Assembly: GCA_943356745.1 (NCBI GenBank)
Contig: CALRFT010000001.1
Location: 11,946-75,945, forward strand
Length of the DNA stretch: 64,000 nt
From: Parcubacteria group bacterium
GTDB taxonomy: Bacteria; Patescibacteriota; Minisyncoccia; Phycocordibacterales; CSBR16-119
Reading direction: 5' to 3'
The notes beneath the pieces were generated by a model that worked only from the letters and a program-made list of their open reading frames with translations, searched no databases and was not told where the DNA came from. Of the stretch, positions 37,671 to 47,837 are shown in pieces. The position numbers and the translations under genes were made by a program. Every line of letters begins with the position of its first letter. Positions within the stretch are counted from its first letter, which is position 1.

Positions 37671-37832
37671 ATGAAAACAAATCTGACACCTATGGACGAA
37701 AGCATGGAATTGAAAGAATCTGTTTGTGTAGGAAAAACAGAAACAGGAAATCAAATCTTTTTCTACGCTGGAGGATTTCCGGCAAGTAGTGAAGCTACGA
37801 ATGGAAATCCTCTTTTTCAAATAAAAAAATAA
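37671..37832 (+). CDS. Small hypothetical protein (53 aa)
   Basis: MKTNLTPMDES...; A/T-rich leader; between hairpins 37597-37632 and 37851-37879. Confidence 0.5.
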   Translation: MKTNLTPMDESMELKESVCVGKTETGNQIFFYAGGFPASSEATNGNPLFQIKK

Positions 37833-37886
37833 CCCGTGGAAATAACCACAAAAAACCCCGCAAAGCGCGGGGGTTTTTTCTACTTC

Positions 37887-39371
37887 TTAGATATCCTTAT
37901 CCCTCATAATCGGGAAGAAAATAACATCTCGAAGATTTTTTTGTTCTGTGAATATTGAAACAAGTCTATCGATTCCCATTCCAAATCCAGTCATTGGAGG
38001 CATTCCGTGTTCCATAGCAGTGAGAAAGCGCTCATCAATTTCCATTGCTTCTTCATCACCACTCTCTTTTGCTTGTGATTGCTTCTCAAGAAGATTTCTC
38101 TGAACAAATGGATCAACAAGTTCAGCATATTGGTTTGTAATTTCAGCACCAGCAACAATAAGCTGCGTTACCTTCGCTGTCCCATCACCATTTTGCTGCG
38201 CGAGAGGTTTTAAATCACTTGGATAATTCGTAACAAAAGTTGGATTAATAATTTTATAGCGAGAAGATTTTTTGAAGATAAAATCAAGGAGATTTCCCTT
38301 TCCAGTAGTTTTCACTTCTTTCTCTTCCATCCCAAACTCCTCTGCTTTCTTTTGGATTTCAGAAAGTGAAGCTGAGCTCATATCTATATCTGCATTCTCT
38401 TTGAGTAATTCAGAAAAAGAAACCCGTTGCCAATTTCCTGCAAAATCAACAAGTACACTATTTCCGTCTTTGTCATATACAGTAAAATCTGTTTTTCCAA
38501 CCACGTCTCGAGCAATACCTTTTAACATTTCTTCTGTCCAATTCATGTTATCTTCCAGAGTATTATATGCAGAGTACCATTCAATCATGGTGAACTCTTG
38601 AATATGTGTTGGGTCAGAACCTTCATTTCGGAAATTTTTTCCGATTTCATAGATTCTGTTGTATCCACCAACCATAAGCATTTTGTGTTCGAGCTCAAGG
38701 GAAATTCGAAGTACCATATCCATATCATAATCATTATGGTGAGTGTTGAATGTTTTTGCCATTGCACCCCCTGCTTGGTTTTGAAGAATTGGAGTTTCTA
38801 TTTCAAGAAAGCCTTTATTGTCCAGATACTGACGAATAGCTTTGATAATATTTGAACGTATAATAAATCGTTCAAACACTTCTTTGTCAGACAAAATATC
38901 AAGATATCGTTTTCGGTAGCGTTCTTCAACATCTTGAAGTCCTGCCCATTTTTCTGGAAGTGGAAGAAGAGACTTAGTTGCCATCTTCCAAGAGTTCATC
39001 AAAATAGAACTTTGTCCTCGCTCTGTTTTGAAAAGTTCACCACGAACTTCTATAAAATCACCAAGATCAATAGTATCTCTGAAAAGTGAGAATTGTTTTT
39101 CTTCCATCTCGTCTTTTTTAAGTACAGCTTGAAATTCTGCTGTTCCATCATTTAAAACAACAAAAGAAATAGCTCCTTGTCCACGAACTGCCATCACTCT
39201 TCCGACTACAGAAATCTCATTCGCATCAGCAAGAAAATCATTAAAACGAAGTTCTAATTCTTTTAATGTTACATCACGTTGTACCGAGTTAGCAAAAGGC
39301 TCCATACCAGCATCGCGTAGTATGGAGATCTTTTGTTCTCGTATTTGTTTTATTTCATCTATTCGAGACAT
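37887..39371 (-). CDS. lysS: Lysyl-tRNA synthetase class II
   Basis: RYRKRYLD, FRNEG, GMPPMTGFGMGIDRL. Confidence 0.98.
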   Translation of the reverse strand: MSRIDEIKQIREQKISILRDAGMEPFANSVQRDVTLKELELRFNDFLADANEISVVGRVMAVRGQGAISFVVLNDGTAEFQAVLKKDEMEEKQFSLFRDTIDLGDFIEVRGELFKTERGQSSILMNSWKMATKSLLPLPEKWAGLQDVEERYRKRYLDILSDKEVFERFIIRSNIIKAIRQYLDNKGFLEIETPILQNQAGGAMAKTFNTHHNDYDMDMVLRISLELEHKMLMVGGYNRIYEIGKNFRNEGSDPTHIQEFTMIEWYSAYNTLEDNMNWTEEMLKGIARDVVGKTDFTVYDKDGNSVLVDFAGNWQRVSFSELLKENADIDMSSASLSEIQKKAEEFGMEEKEVKTTGKGNLLDFIFKKSSRYKIINPTFVTNYPSDLKPLAQQNGDGTAKVTQLIVAGAEITNQYAELVDPFVQRNLLEKQSQAKESGDEEAMEIDERFLTAMEHGMPPMTGFGMGIDRLVSIFTEQKNLRDVIFFPIMRDKDI

Positions 39372-39377
39372 GTACTA

Positions 39378-39842
39378 TTATTTTACATCAATAATTGTAT
39401 ATGTGCTTTGTCCTCCTGGTGTTGAAAACGTAACTTCATCACCTTTTTTGTGTTCAAACAAAGCAGCACCGAGTGGTGACTTATAAGAAAGTTTTCCTGA
39501 AGCCATATCTGCTTCTTCTGGACCAACCATCTTGTATTCCTTTTGTTCCTTTGTTCCCTTCTTTTGAACAACAACATGTGAACCAACCTTAATCACTCCT
39601 GTTTTTGATCCACTTGAAACAATTGCTGTTTTGAGAATATATTCAATTTCTTTTATTCGGGCTTCGTTTTTTCCTTGGGCTTCTCGCGCTTGATGATATT
39701 CAGCATTTTCTGACAAATCCCCAAGAGACTTTGCAAATTCAAGAGCTTCTATAATTTCCTGTCGTTTCGTAGAAGACAATTCTTTCAGCTCTTTTTCAAG
39801 GTCTACTTTTTGTTCTTTTGTAATGTAAAGATTATTATCCAT
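39378..39842 (-). CDS. greA: Transcription elongation factor GreA
   Basis: GDLSENAEY and SYKSPLGAAL motifs. Confidence 0.97.
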   Translation of the reverse strand: MDNNLYITKEQKVDLEKELKELSSTKRQEIIEALEFAKSLGDLSENAEYHQAREAQGKNEARIKEIEYILKTAIVSSGSKTGVIKVGSHVVVQKKGTKEQKEYKMVGPEEADMASGKLSYKSPLGAALFEHKKGDEVTFSTPGGQSTYTIIDVK

Positions 39843-39892
39843 GGCACTTATGGTATATTGCTAATCCTCTTATGTCAATCGACCTTTGTGGG

Positions 39893-41596
39893 TTACTCTG
39901 GATTCAAATATTCAGGTCTTTCAATTCTCATCCAGTCAAATATTTGCCTCATAACAAACGACGCACTTATTTCTGCTTTACTTGGTCCTCGTTCCATCAT
40001 GACAACAAAGGCGTATTTTGGTTCTTCGTATGGGAAAAATCCAATTACCCAAGAATTAACAAGGGAATTTCTTGGACCGGTTTGTGCTGTTCCTGTTTTT
40101 GCTGCAACCGATACATAGGAAACATTAAGAAATTGTCCTGTTCCGTCTGTTACAACCTGTCTCATTCCTTCTTGTACAATTTGAATATGCTCTGGATCAA
40201 ATTTTTCTGAAAGAGGCACACTTTGCTCTGTATCAGGATCGAAAACAATATATGGAGTGATAAGGTTTCCACCATTTGCAAGTGACGCAACCGCACGAAG
40301 CATTTGCATCGGTGTTACTTGAAATCCATATTGACCAATAGCAGTGTTGTAGGTATCTCCAAGACGCCAAATATCTCCATTAAAGATTTTTGCTTTCCAA
40401 TCTGGATTAGGAATCACACCAGCAATCTCACCAGAAAGTGCAATATTTGTTTTTGAACCAATACCAAAAACTTTTACATACTTTTCAATTCGAGTAATTC
40501 CAAGTCCAGGCTGACCTTTATTTCCACCTCCAATAATATAGAAGAAATTATTGACTGATTCTGCAAGAGCTTTTCGAACATCAGTCCAACCAACCGGCTC
40601 GTCCTGCCAATCTCGAAAAACACTCACCACGTTTGGATCATAAGGACTCACAACCTCAAGAGTTCCATCACTATAAAATCTTGTGCTTTCGGTAATAATA
40701 CCTTCGTGAAGCGCAGCAAGAGCAACAAAAGGTTTTACAGTAGAGCCTGGTGAATACAAACCACCTAGGGCTCTATTCAAGAACGGTTTTCGTTCATCTT
40801 TAAATAATGCATTAATCGTCGCTGCGTCTTCACCGGAAGAAAGTATATTTGGATCATACTCTGGATAACTAGCAAGTGTAAGAAGTTCTCCTGTTTCAAT
40901 ATCCATAATAGCAACTGCGCCACCCTGATATCCGACACGACCACTCAAATCAGCCATCGCCTCGTAAGCTTTTTGTTGAACACCAGCATCAATAGTTAAT
41001 GTAAGAGTCCTTCCATGATCTGGTTGGTTTACTGTATTTTCAGAAATAATTTCACCTTTTACATTTCTTTCAATAATTTTTTCTCCGTTAATTCCATTTA
41101 CATGCTGATTGAAATCTTTTTCAATTCCAGTAACACCTTCAAATTCTTTTTTCCAATAAAATCCAGCTTTATCTTTTTGTGGGTATGTCACATACCCAAG
41201 AAGAACGCCGAAACCAGGATTTGTTGTATATTTTCTCTCAGCAAAATCACTTCCTTCTTCTCTTCTTTCATTCCAAGCAAGTTCTACCCCGTTTCTATCC
41301 TGAATAATTCCACGATCAGCAAAGAGAATATCTCTATCAAGACTATTTCGAATACTCAATTCTTTATAGTGCTCACCATCGCGAAGCTGAAGTGCGTATA
41401 ACCTTCCAGAAAATAAAATACAGATTAAACAGAAAATAAGCCCAAGAATTGTTGGAATATATTTTCGTATAGGAGTTTCAATTCGTCCCTCAAATTGCTG
41501 ACGATCAAAATTAGGAGAATTTAAAGAATCAAGAAAAACCTCATCAAGAAACAATTCTTTATTTTTATTTTTTTTCTTAATCTTTAAAAGTCTCAT
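39893..41596 (-). CDS. mrdA: Elongation transpeptidase PBP2
   Basis: PFLNRA, STVK, SVN, KTG; IGQY...VTP.Q. Confidence 0.85.
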   Translation of the reverse strand: MRLLKIKKKNKNKELFLDEVFLDSLNSPNFDRQQFEGRIETPIRKYIPTILGLIFCLICILFSGRLYALQLRDGEHYKELSIRNSLDRDILFADRGIIQDRNGVELAWNERREEGSDFAERKYTTNPGFGVLLGYVTYPQKDKAGFYWKKEFEGVTGIEKDFNQHVNGINGEKIIERNVKGEIISENTVNQPDHGRTLTLTIDAGVQQKAYEAMADLSGRVGYQGGAVAIMDIETGELLTLASYPEYDPNILSSGEDAATINALFKDERKPFLNRALGGLYSPGSTVKPFVALAALHEGIITESTRFYSDGTLEVVSPYDPNVVSVFRDWQDEPVGWTDVRKALAESVNNFFYIIGGGNKGQPGLGITRIEKYVKVFGIGSKTNIALSGEIAGVIPNPDWKAKIFNGDIWRLGDTYNTAIGQYGFQVTPMQMLRAVASLANGGNLITPYIVFDPDTEQSVPLSEKFDPEHIQIVQEGMRQVVTDGTGQFLNVSYVSVAAKTGTAQTGPRNSLVNSWVIGFFPYEEPKYAFVVMMERGPSKAEISASFVMRQIFDWMRIERPEYLNPE

Positions 41597-41609
41597 ATGA
41601 CAATACTAG

Positions 41610-41879
41610 TTACTCTTTAGCAAGGTAATTATTAAATCTTGTTCTTGTGTGAACAAGCCAAGAAATCACATAGATTCCAAGCCCCCACACAAGATACACA
41701 GCCTCAAATGATGCTTTATTATACACATAAACACTATTCAAAACCACCATGATGATAAATATTTCCCAGTAATTACGAAACCAAAGACTAGCAAGAAAAG
41801 TAAGAAATAAGAATATCCATACTGGTAATAGAAAGCCAAGGATAGCAAGAATGGAAGTTATAAACACACGTACAATCAT
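41610..41879 (-). CDS. Small multi-TM protein
   Basis: 89 aa, very hydrophobic, directly upstream of mrdA. Confidence 0.7.
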   Translation of the reverse strand: MIVRVFITSILAILGFLLPVWIFLFLTFLASLWFRNYWEIFIIMVVLNSVYVYNKASFEAVYLVWGLGIYVISWLVHTRTRFNNYLAKE

Positions 41880-41881
41880 AT

Positions 41882-42643
41882 TTATTCTTGGCTATAATCT
41901 TTTCGAATAATCCTTTTAAAGAGTTGTATAAGTTTTGAAAGAATCCAAAACAAAAGAACAAGAACCAAAGCAAAAAATAATATTTTTTTGGTAACAATAA
42001 AAAGAAGCATTGTCACAATAATTCCATGAACTACAATGATAGCCTTTATTTTATCTGTTGTGTCTTCTTTTTGTTGGTTAATTCTTTCTTGAGTCTCTTG
42101 AAGTGGTTGTATTTTTGATTCTCTCCAAATATTAAGATTATTTGTAATTGTGGTAAAAAATTCTTGAGTCTCGTCAATAACCCCAGCAACAATTGCTCCA
42201 AAACCTCCTTTCTGTCTTAGATTTTCGGCAATATTAGAACTTTTAAATCCAATCATGAATTCTTTTGGTGTTGTTGAAGGACCAAGAATTGCAACATTAG
42301 AGCCTTCCAGTTTCAAATTTTCTGCTTTTGCAACAAAACTATGCTCCCCAAGAATTGCTTGCCAAGTAATAACATATTCACCAGATTGACCTCCTTCAAG
42401 GTTAAGTTCTCTTGAACCAAGTAATACATCAGCATTATAGAAACTTATTTTTCCAGTCAGGGTTTTGTCTTCGAAGTTTGCAAAACGAACCAAAAGCTCA
42501 ACCTCATCACCTTCTACAATAGAATTCTTTTGTATCTCAACAGTTTCTGTAGTAAAACCTGTTGTATTTGCGTACACCAAAGAAACACCGAAAAGTAACG
42601 ATGCGACAAAGACTGCAAAAGTTAATGATATTTTTTTAAACAT
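41882..42643 (-). CDS. Exported Ig/CARDB-like protein with C-terminal TM anchor
   Basis: Signal peptide, beta-sandwich pattern (W.A..G.H.F.A), C-terminal hydrophobic helices; start taken at MFKKI. Confidence 0.7.
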   Translation of the reverse strand: MFKKISLTFAVFVASLLFGVSLVYANTTGFTTETVEIQKNSIVEGDEVELLVRFANFEDKTLTGKISFYNADVLLGSRELNLEGGQSGEYVITWQAILGEHSFVAKAENLKLEGSNVAILGPSTTPKEFMIGFKSSNIAENLRQKGGFGAIVAGVIDETQEFFTTITNNLNIWRESKIQPLQETQERINQQKEDTTDKIKAIIVVHGIIVTMLLFIVTKKILFFALVLVLLFWILSKLIQLFKRIIRKDYSQE

Positions 42644-42671
42644 ACTCTTATTATATACTATGTATTTCTTT

Positions 42672-43115
42672 CTATTTAAGAGTATCTTCGTTTGAAACAA
42701 AGTTATCTACTTCAAAAGTGAATGTTGAAGAAACACCATTTACCACAACATTATAATCACCTTTTAGAAGCCCATCTGTTCCCTCAAGGATGAAAGAGGT
42801 ATCAAAAGCAGAAAGAACTTGAGCGCATTGTATATCAAGAGGTCGTTTGGTTTGAAGATTTACAACAAAATCACCATCTTTCCCATCTCGAGATTGCACA
42901 ATATCTCCAAGTTCTGTACAAGCATCTGGCAAATCTCCAGACACACTTACTCGAACTCCCATAGGAAATGATTCTTGAAGAGAGGTCGAAACGCTTGTTA
43001 CACTTGCTTCACCGATAGCAAAATTAGTCATTTCTTCTTTTTTATTTTTCTTAAGAATAACAATCACAATAATGGCAATAATAAGGACTCCTAGAACTAT
43101 AAGTAGTTTTTTCAT
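42672..43115 (-). CDS. Membrane-anchored hypothetical protein
   Basis: N-terminal TM; ESFP...G.LPDAC...CAQV...G.Y.V.VNG pattern. Confidence 0.75.
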   Translation of the reverse strand: MKKLLIVLGVLIIAIIVIVILKKNKKEEMTNFAIGEASVTSVSTSLQESFPMGVRVSVSGDLPDACTELGDIVQSRDGKDGDFVVNLQTKRPLDIQCAQVLSAFDTSFILEGTDGLLKGDYNVVVNGVSSTFTFEVDNFVSNEDTLK

Positions 43116-43182
43116 AATAGTATTTTTTATGTTTATAAATTACACATATAGTATAGCAAATTCAAAGGTATAATGTCTCTAT

Positions 43183-45807
43183 ATGGATAATGAACACATA
43201 CCAAACTATCAATCACTTTCTATAGATGAAAGTTTTGGAAAACTAAGATCGCAAAAAAATGGACTTTCTGAAAACGAAGCAAAGAAACGCCTTGAATTGT
43301 ATGGCTTTAATGAAATAAACACTGATGAAGATTTTAATTACTTGCAAGCTATTATTGAAAATATCCTCAATCCTTTTTCTATCATCCTCATTACAGCAGC
43401 GAGTATTTCTTTTTTCTCAAAACACCCTATTGATGGATTTGTTATTCTTTTAGTAATTATTGCTAACTTTGGAATTGATATTTACCATAAAAAAACAGCA
43501 CACAATAATATCGAACTTTTAAAAAAAGGAGTTACTCATTATTCAACATTGCTTCGTGATGGAAATCTTGTTAAAAAACCAGTTTCAGAAATAGTGCCTG
43601 GAGATATTATTCACCTCGAAGAAGGTGATGTTATCCCAGCAGACGCTAGACTTATTCAAGTTGACGGACTACATATTAATGAAAGTCTACTAACCGGAGA
43701 ATCTCTTCCTGTTCAAAAAGATATTTCACGAATGACAGGAATTCATCCAATATCAGATCTCCGTAATATGGTATGGCTTGGAAGTGTTGTAACTGAAGGT
43801 TCGGGAATTTGTCTTGTAACAGCAACTGCATTTAAAACTCAATTTGGACAAATAGCAAAAGAACTCAAGAAAACCCAGCGTGGTTCAAACCCTTTTTTAG
43901 ATAAAACAAAAAAACTCACAAAAAATATTGGAATTGTTGGGATCTTTATTACTCTTATTTTATTTGGGATCCAATACGGGATCATGGACCAAAATTTAGG
44001 AGAAATAGCGATATTCTCGCTTGCTGTACTTGTGTCAATTATTCCAGAAAGTTTACCCACAATTATGAACCTAACTCTCGCTCGAGGCGCAAAAGCTCTT
44101 GCTGAAGAACATGCTGTAGTAAAAGAACTTTCAACGGTAGAGTCCATTGGTTCAACAACTGTTATTATCACAGATAAGACTGGTACCCTTACTGAAAATT
44201 CAATGCGTGTTGAAATGATTGTCACACAAGAAGGAAAGGAATTTTCTGTGACAGGTTTTGGTTGGAAAAAAGTAGGAATGTTTCTGCACAACAACCACCG
44301 TTTCAACCCAGAAGAAGACAAAACGCTTTCACAAATACTTGAGTATGCTCTTTTAGGAAATAGATCTCACGTATACCAAAAAGATGAAGAAGATGTTGTG
44401 ATTGGAGAACCAACAGAAGCAGCACTTTTAGTTATGGCTGAGAAAGCAGGAAAAACAAGGCAGGATATTTTAAAAACATACAATATTATACAAAGAACTC
44501 GTTTTCTTCATTCACACAAAGTACTCGTAACTATCGTCGAGAAAGATTCCCAAAAACAAATACTTGTTATTGGTGCACCAGAAACTATTTGGAAATATAG
44601 CAGTGTTAATAACGCCACAATAACCAAAACTGAAGAACTTGCTCATAAGGGACTTCGAATCATTGCTTTTGCATGTGCAGATATTAATTCAGTTCCAAGT
44701 GATTTTGAAAAACTTCCAAATCTTAACTATCTTGGTTTTGTTGCAATGCGTGATCCAATTCGAGAAGGGGTTAAGGAAACTATAGAACAAGCAAAAAATG
44801 CAGGAATTCGCGTAATTATGGCGACTGGAGATCATGCTAAAACCGCACGATATATCGCTGAAGAAATTGGAATTATTAAAAAAGGACACACTGGAGAAAT
44901 CATGGAAGGTGTTGAATTTTTATCACTTGATGAAAAAAGCCAAAGAGAATATCTCAAAAATGTTTCGGTGTTCGCAAGAGTTACCCCTGAAATAAAACTT
45001 CAAATCACAAAAATACTTCAAAAAGATAAGGAGATTGTAACGATGATTGGAGATGGAGTTAATGATGTTCTTGCGCTCAAACAAGCTGATATTGGTGTCG
45101 CTATGGCTGGTTCTGGAACAGGCGCAGCAAGAGATGCGAGTTCCATTGTTCTCACAAACAACAATTTCATCACAATAGTCCATGCGGTTCTTCGTGGAAG
45201 ACATATTTTTAAAAATATAAAAAATGTTACGAACTTTCTCTTAAGCACAAATGCAGCTGAAGCGCTCATTCTTATCATTGCAACATTTTTAGGGATGCCA
45301 CTTCCACTTATTGCAACACAGATACTTCTTATCAACCTTGTCACAGATGGGATTGGAGCGCTTCCCTTTGCGTTTCAAAAACCAAATATCTCAATTATCC
45401 CAAGACCTAAACCTGGAATTCTTCTTTCTCGTTTTGATTATGGAATCATAGCAAGTGCGACTGTCGGAATGACAATTGCACCACTTCTTGCATTTAATAT
45501 GTTTTCTAGCGAAAGTATAAAACATGCGCAAAGTATGGCCTTTCTTACACTTTGTATCACTCAAATATCTCGCCTTATAGCACTTCAAGAGGAGAAATCA
45601 ATCAAATCTTTACTAAAAGAAAATACATGGTTTATTAAATCTATCGGGATTTCCTTTGTTATACTAGTATTAGTATTTACAGTAAATCCAGTGCGGAATA
45701 TTTTTTCTTTAGAGATATTAAGTCTTAGAGATATAACTTCAGCTTTCATACTTTCTCTACTACCTCTTGTTACTGTTACTATATATAAACTTATTCACAA
45801 AAAATAA
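43183..45807 (+). CDS. P-type cation-transporting ATPase (P2A-like)
   Basis: TGES, PESL, DKTGTLT, TGD, GDGVND, INLVTD. Confidence 0.96.
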   Translation: MDNEHIPNYQSLSIDESFGKLRSQKNGLSENEAKKRLELYGFNEINTDEDFNYLQAIIENILNPFSIILITAASISFFSKHPIDGFVILLVIIANFGIDIYHKKTAHNNIELLKKGVTHYSTLLRDGNLVKKPVSEIVPGDIIHLEEGDVIPADARLIQVDGLHINESLLTGESLPVQKDISRMTGIHPISDLRNMVWLGSVVTEGSGICLVTATAFKTQFGQIAKELKKTQRGSNPFLDKTKKLTKNIGIVGIFITLILFGIQYGIMDQNLGEIAIFSLAVLVSIIPESLPTIMNLTLARGAKALAEEHAVVKELSTVESIGSTTVIITDKTGTLTENSMRVEMIVTQEGKEFSVTGFGWKKVGMFLHNNHRFNPEEDKTLSQILEYALLGNRSHVYQKDEEDVVIGEPTEAALLVMAEKAGKTRQDILKTYNIIQRTRFLHSHKVLVTIVEKDSQKQILVIGAPETIWKYSSVNNATITKTEELAHKGLRIIAFACADINSVPSDFEKLPNLNYLGFVAMRDPIREGVKETIEQAKNAGIRVIMATGDHAKTARYIAEEIGIIKKGHTGEIMEGVEFLSLDEKSQREYLKNVSVFARVTPEIKLQITKILQKDKEIVTMIGDGVNDVLALKQADIGVAMAGSGTGAARDASSIVLTNNNFITIVHAVLRGRHIFKNIKNVTNFLLSTNAAEALILIIATFLGMPLPLIATQILLINLVTDGIGALPFAFQKPNISIIPRPKPGILLSRFDYGIIASATVGMTIAPLLAFNMFSSESIKHAQSMAFLTLCITQISRLIALQEEKSIKSLLKENTWFIKSIGISFVILVLVFTVNPVRNIFSLEILSLRDITSAFILSLLPLVTVTIYKLIHKK

Positions 45808-45810
45808 AAC

Positions 45811-46497
45811 ATGTTCGAGTCACTTGATTTTAATCAAATAGGGGGTTTAACCTATGGAGGAATGTTTATTCTTGCACTTATTGCAAACATGGTTGTACCT
45901 GTCCCAGAAGAAATTGTACTTATTGCTGTTGGTTATTTTAGCGCAAAAGGACAATTCAATTTCTTGTATAGTTATGGAATCTTTGTTGCAGGAATGTTTG
46001 TTTCAGATACCATTTTGTATTTTATGGCATACAAAGGATCTCGAATAACAAAAAGGCTTCAGAGAAAAATAGAAAATAATAGACATCTCAAAGATGAAGG
46101 TTTTGTACAAAGACACATACGAAAAATTATTTTTATTTCTCGATTTCTCATGTATCTTCGATGGATCGGTCCAGTTATCTCAGGCGTTGCTCGTGTTCCC
46201 TACAAAAAGTTTGCAATTCTCGATTTTCTAGCACTTCTGGTATATGTTCCTCTTATTCTTTTCCTTGGATTTTATTTTGAAAACTATATCGACAAGATAA
46301 TCTCTGACGTAAATAGAATACGAAACATATTCATGTTGATATTCAGTATTATTGTTCTTATATTTATTGCAAAAAATGCAAACAAAAATTTCTTACGCAG
46401 TATCACAGAAACAATTGATGAATATACTCCGACATGGATTCCAGGTCTTAGTGTGAAAAAAGAAAAATTTAAAAATGAAGAAAAAAAACCAGACTAG
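45811..46497 (+). CDS. DedA family membrane protein
   Basis: PVPEE, SRF motif, hydrophobic segments. Confidence 0.88.
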   Translation: MFESLDFNQIGGLTYGGMFILALIANMVVPVPEEIVLIAVGYFSAKGQFNFLYSYGIFVAGMFVSDTILYFMAYKGSRITKRLQRKIENNRHLKDEGFVQRHIRKIIFISRFLMYLRWIGPVISGVARVPYKKFAILDFLALLVYVPLILFLGFYFENYIDKIISDVNRIRNIFMLIFSIIVLIFIAKNANKNFLRSITETIDEYTPTWIPGLSVKKEKFKNEEKKPD

Positions 46498-46510
46498 TCT
46501 GGTTTTTTTT

Positions 46511-47269
46511 CTATAATAAATTTTGTATCTTTTCGTATTCTATAAACTTAAAGACTTGAAACGCCGATTCTTGAAATAGTGACCATTCATTAATAACAAG
46601 AAGAATTCCGATAATAAACATAAGTACGCCTCCCGTGATTGATAGAGCTTTGAAAAGCCGTGTATGTCTTTGGAAAAAGTTTTGTGAACGATGGTAGAGA
46701 AATGCTGAAAATATAAAAGGAATAGAAAACCCAAGTGAAAATACAAAAAGTAGAATTGCTCCTTGTAACGCTGTCCCCAGAGCTCCAGCAAGAACAAGTA
46801 CCGTTCCAAGTATTGGTCCAATACATGGAGCCCAACCGAGAGCAAAAATAGCACCAACTAAAGCAGATCCTTTAGGAGTTCCGACTTGAAGCCATGACGG
46901 ATTTTTAATTCGAGCAGTTATTTGGAACCAAGATTCTGGTATAACTTTGAGTATTGCTAAGGAGAAAAAAATAATCAGAGCTCCACTTATTTGAAGAAGA
47001 ATCGGGCGAAATGTCCCCCAAAAAGATCCAAATAATCCTAAAGTTAATCCGAGAATAATAAATACTGAAGAAAAACCAAGAACAAAGAATACACTATTTT
47101 TTCTTATTTGAGATTCCGCAAAAGATTTTGTTTCTAAATTTGTAATATCTTTATTTGAAACCCCAGAAATAAAAGCAAGATACCCTGGAACCATTGGTAA
47201 AGTACAAGGCGCCAAAAACATAAGAAGTCCTGATATGAAAGCTGGAGCAAGAAGACCAAGCACTAACAT
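46511..47269 (-). CDS. ccdA: CcdA / DsbD-beta thiol-disulfide transporter
   Basis: FLAPCTLPMVPGY and WAPCIGPIL motifs. Confidence 0.92.
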   Translation of the reverse strand: MLVLGLLAPAFISGLLMFLAPCTLPMVPGYLAFISGVSNKDITNLETKSFAESQIRKNSVFFVLGFSSVFIILGLTLGLFGSFWGTFRPILLQISGALIIFFSLAILKVIPESWFQITARIKNPSWLQVGTPKGSALVGAIFALGWAPCIGPILGTVLVLAGALGTALQGAILLFVFSLGFSIPFIFSAFLYHRSQNFFQRHTRLFKALSITGGVLMFIIGILLVINEWSLFQESAFQVFKFIEYEKIQNLL

Positions 47270-47271
47270 AT

Positions 47272-47706
47272 TTAACGTGTTATAGAAATAAGTCGATTAG
47301 TTCCATCTGTTTCTTCTCCCCATGGACTACATACTGTAATTCTCTTTTCCTGACCAGAAAAGGAAACTTTATAATCTTGTCCATTTGGATCAACTGGAAT
47401 TGTCTCAAAATAATCAGGAACTAACAGTGTTTCAAAATCTCTTACAGTAAGCGAAGATTCTGAGCAAGCAATATCAGTTTCGTACAAAGAAATCAAAGTA
47501 CTGTACTCTGTAGAACTAATAGAAAGCTTCCATAAATTATCAGCGATTTCAGAAACATGTTGAAATCGAAGAGCATTTCGAGTCTCCCGCTCCTGATCTT
47601 CCTTTCCATTGCCGGAAATAAAAATAAAGACTACCCCAACAATAAAAAGAAGGATAGCGAGAATCTCTACAAAACCTAGTGAACTTTTAGTATTTTCTGA
47701 TGACAT
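47272..47706 (-). CDS. Type IV pilin-like protein with degenerate N-terminus
   Basis: SLGFVEIL + TM, RNALR..VSEI, LVPDY...IPVDP, two Cys. Confidence 0.6.
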   Translation of the reverse strand: MSSENTKSSLGFVEILAILLFIVGVVFIFISGNGKEDQERETRNALRFQHVSEIADNLWKLSISSTEYSTLISLYETDIACSESSLTVRDFETLLVPDYFETIPVDPNGQDYKVSFSGQEKRITVCSPWGEETDGTNRLISITR

Positions 47707-47837
47707 ATTGTAGTAAAAATTAAAATCAATACTTTGTATTATACCTGAACCAAAAAAAGTATTATCTTGTCTTTTTGACTTTTTTGTTTTAGTATGGTGG
47801 GGATAAAAAGTTCATTAACAAAAAAAACCCAAAAAAC

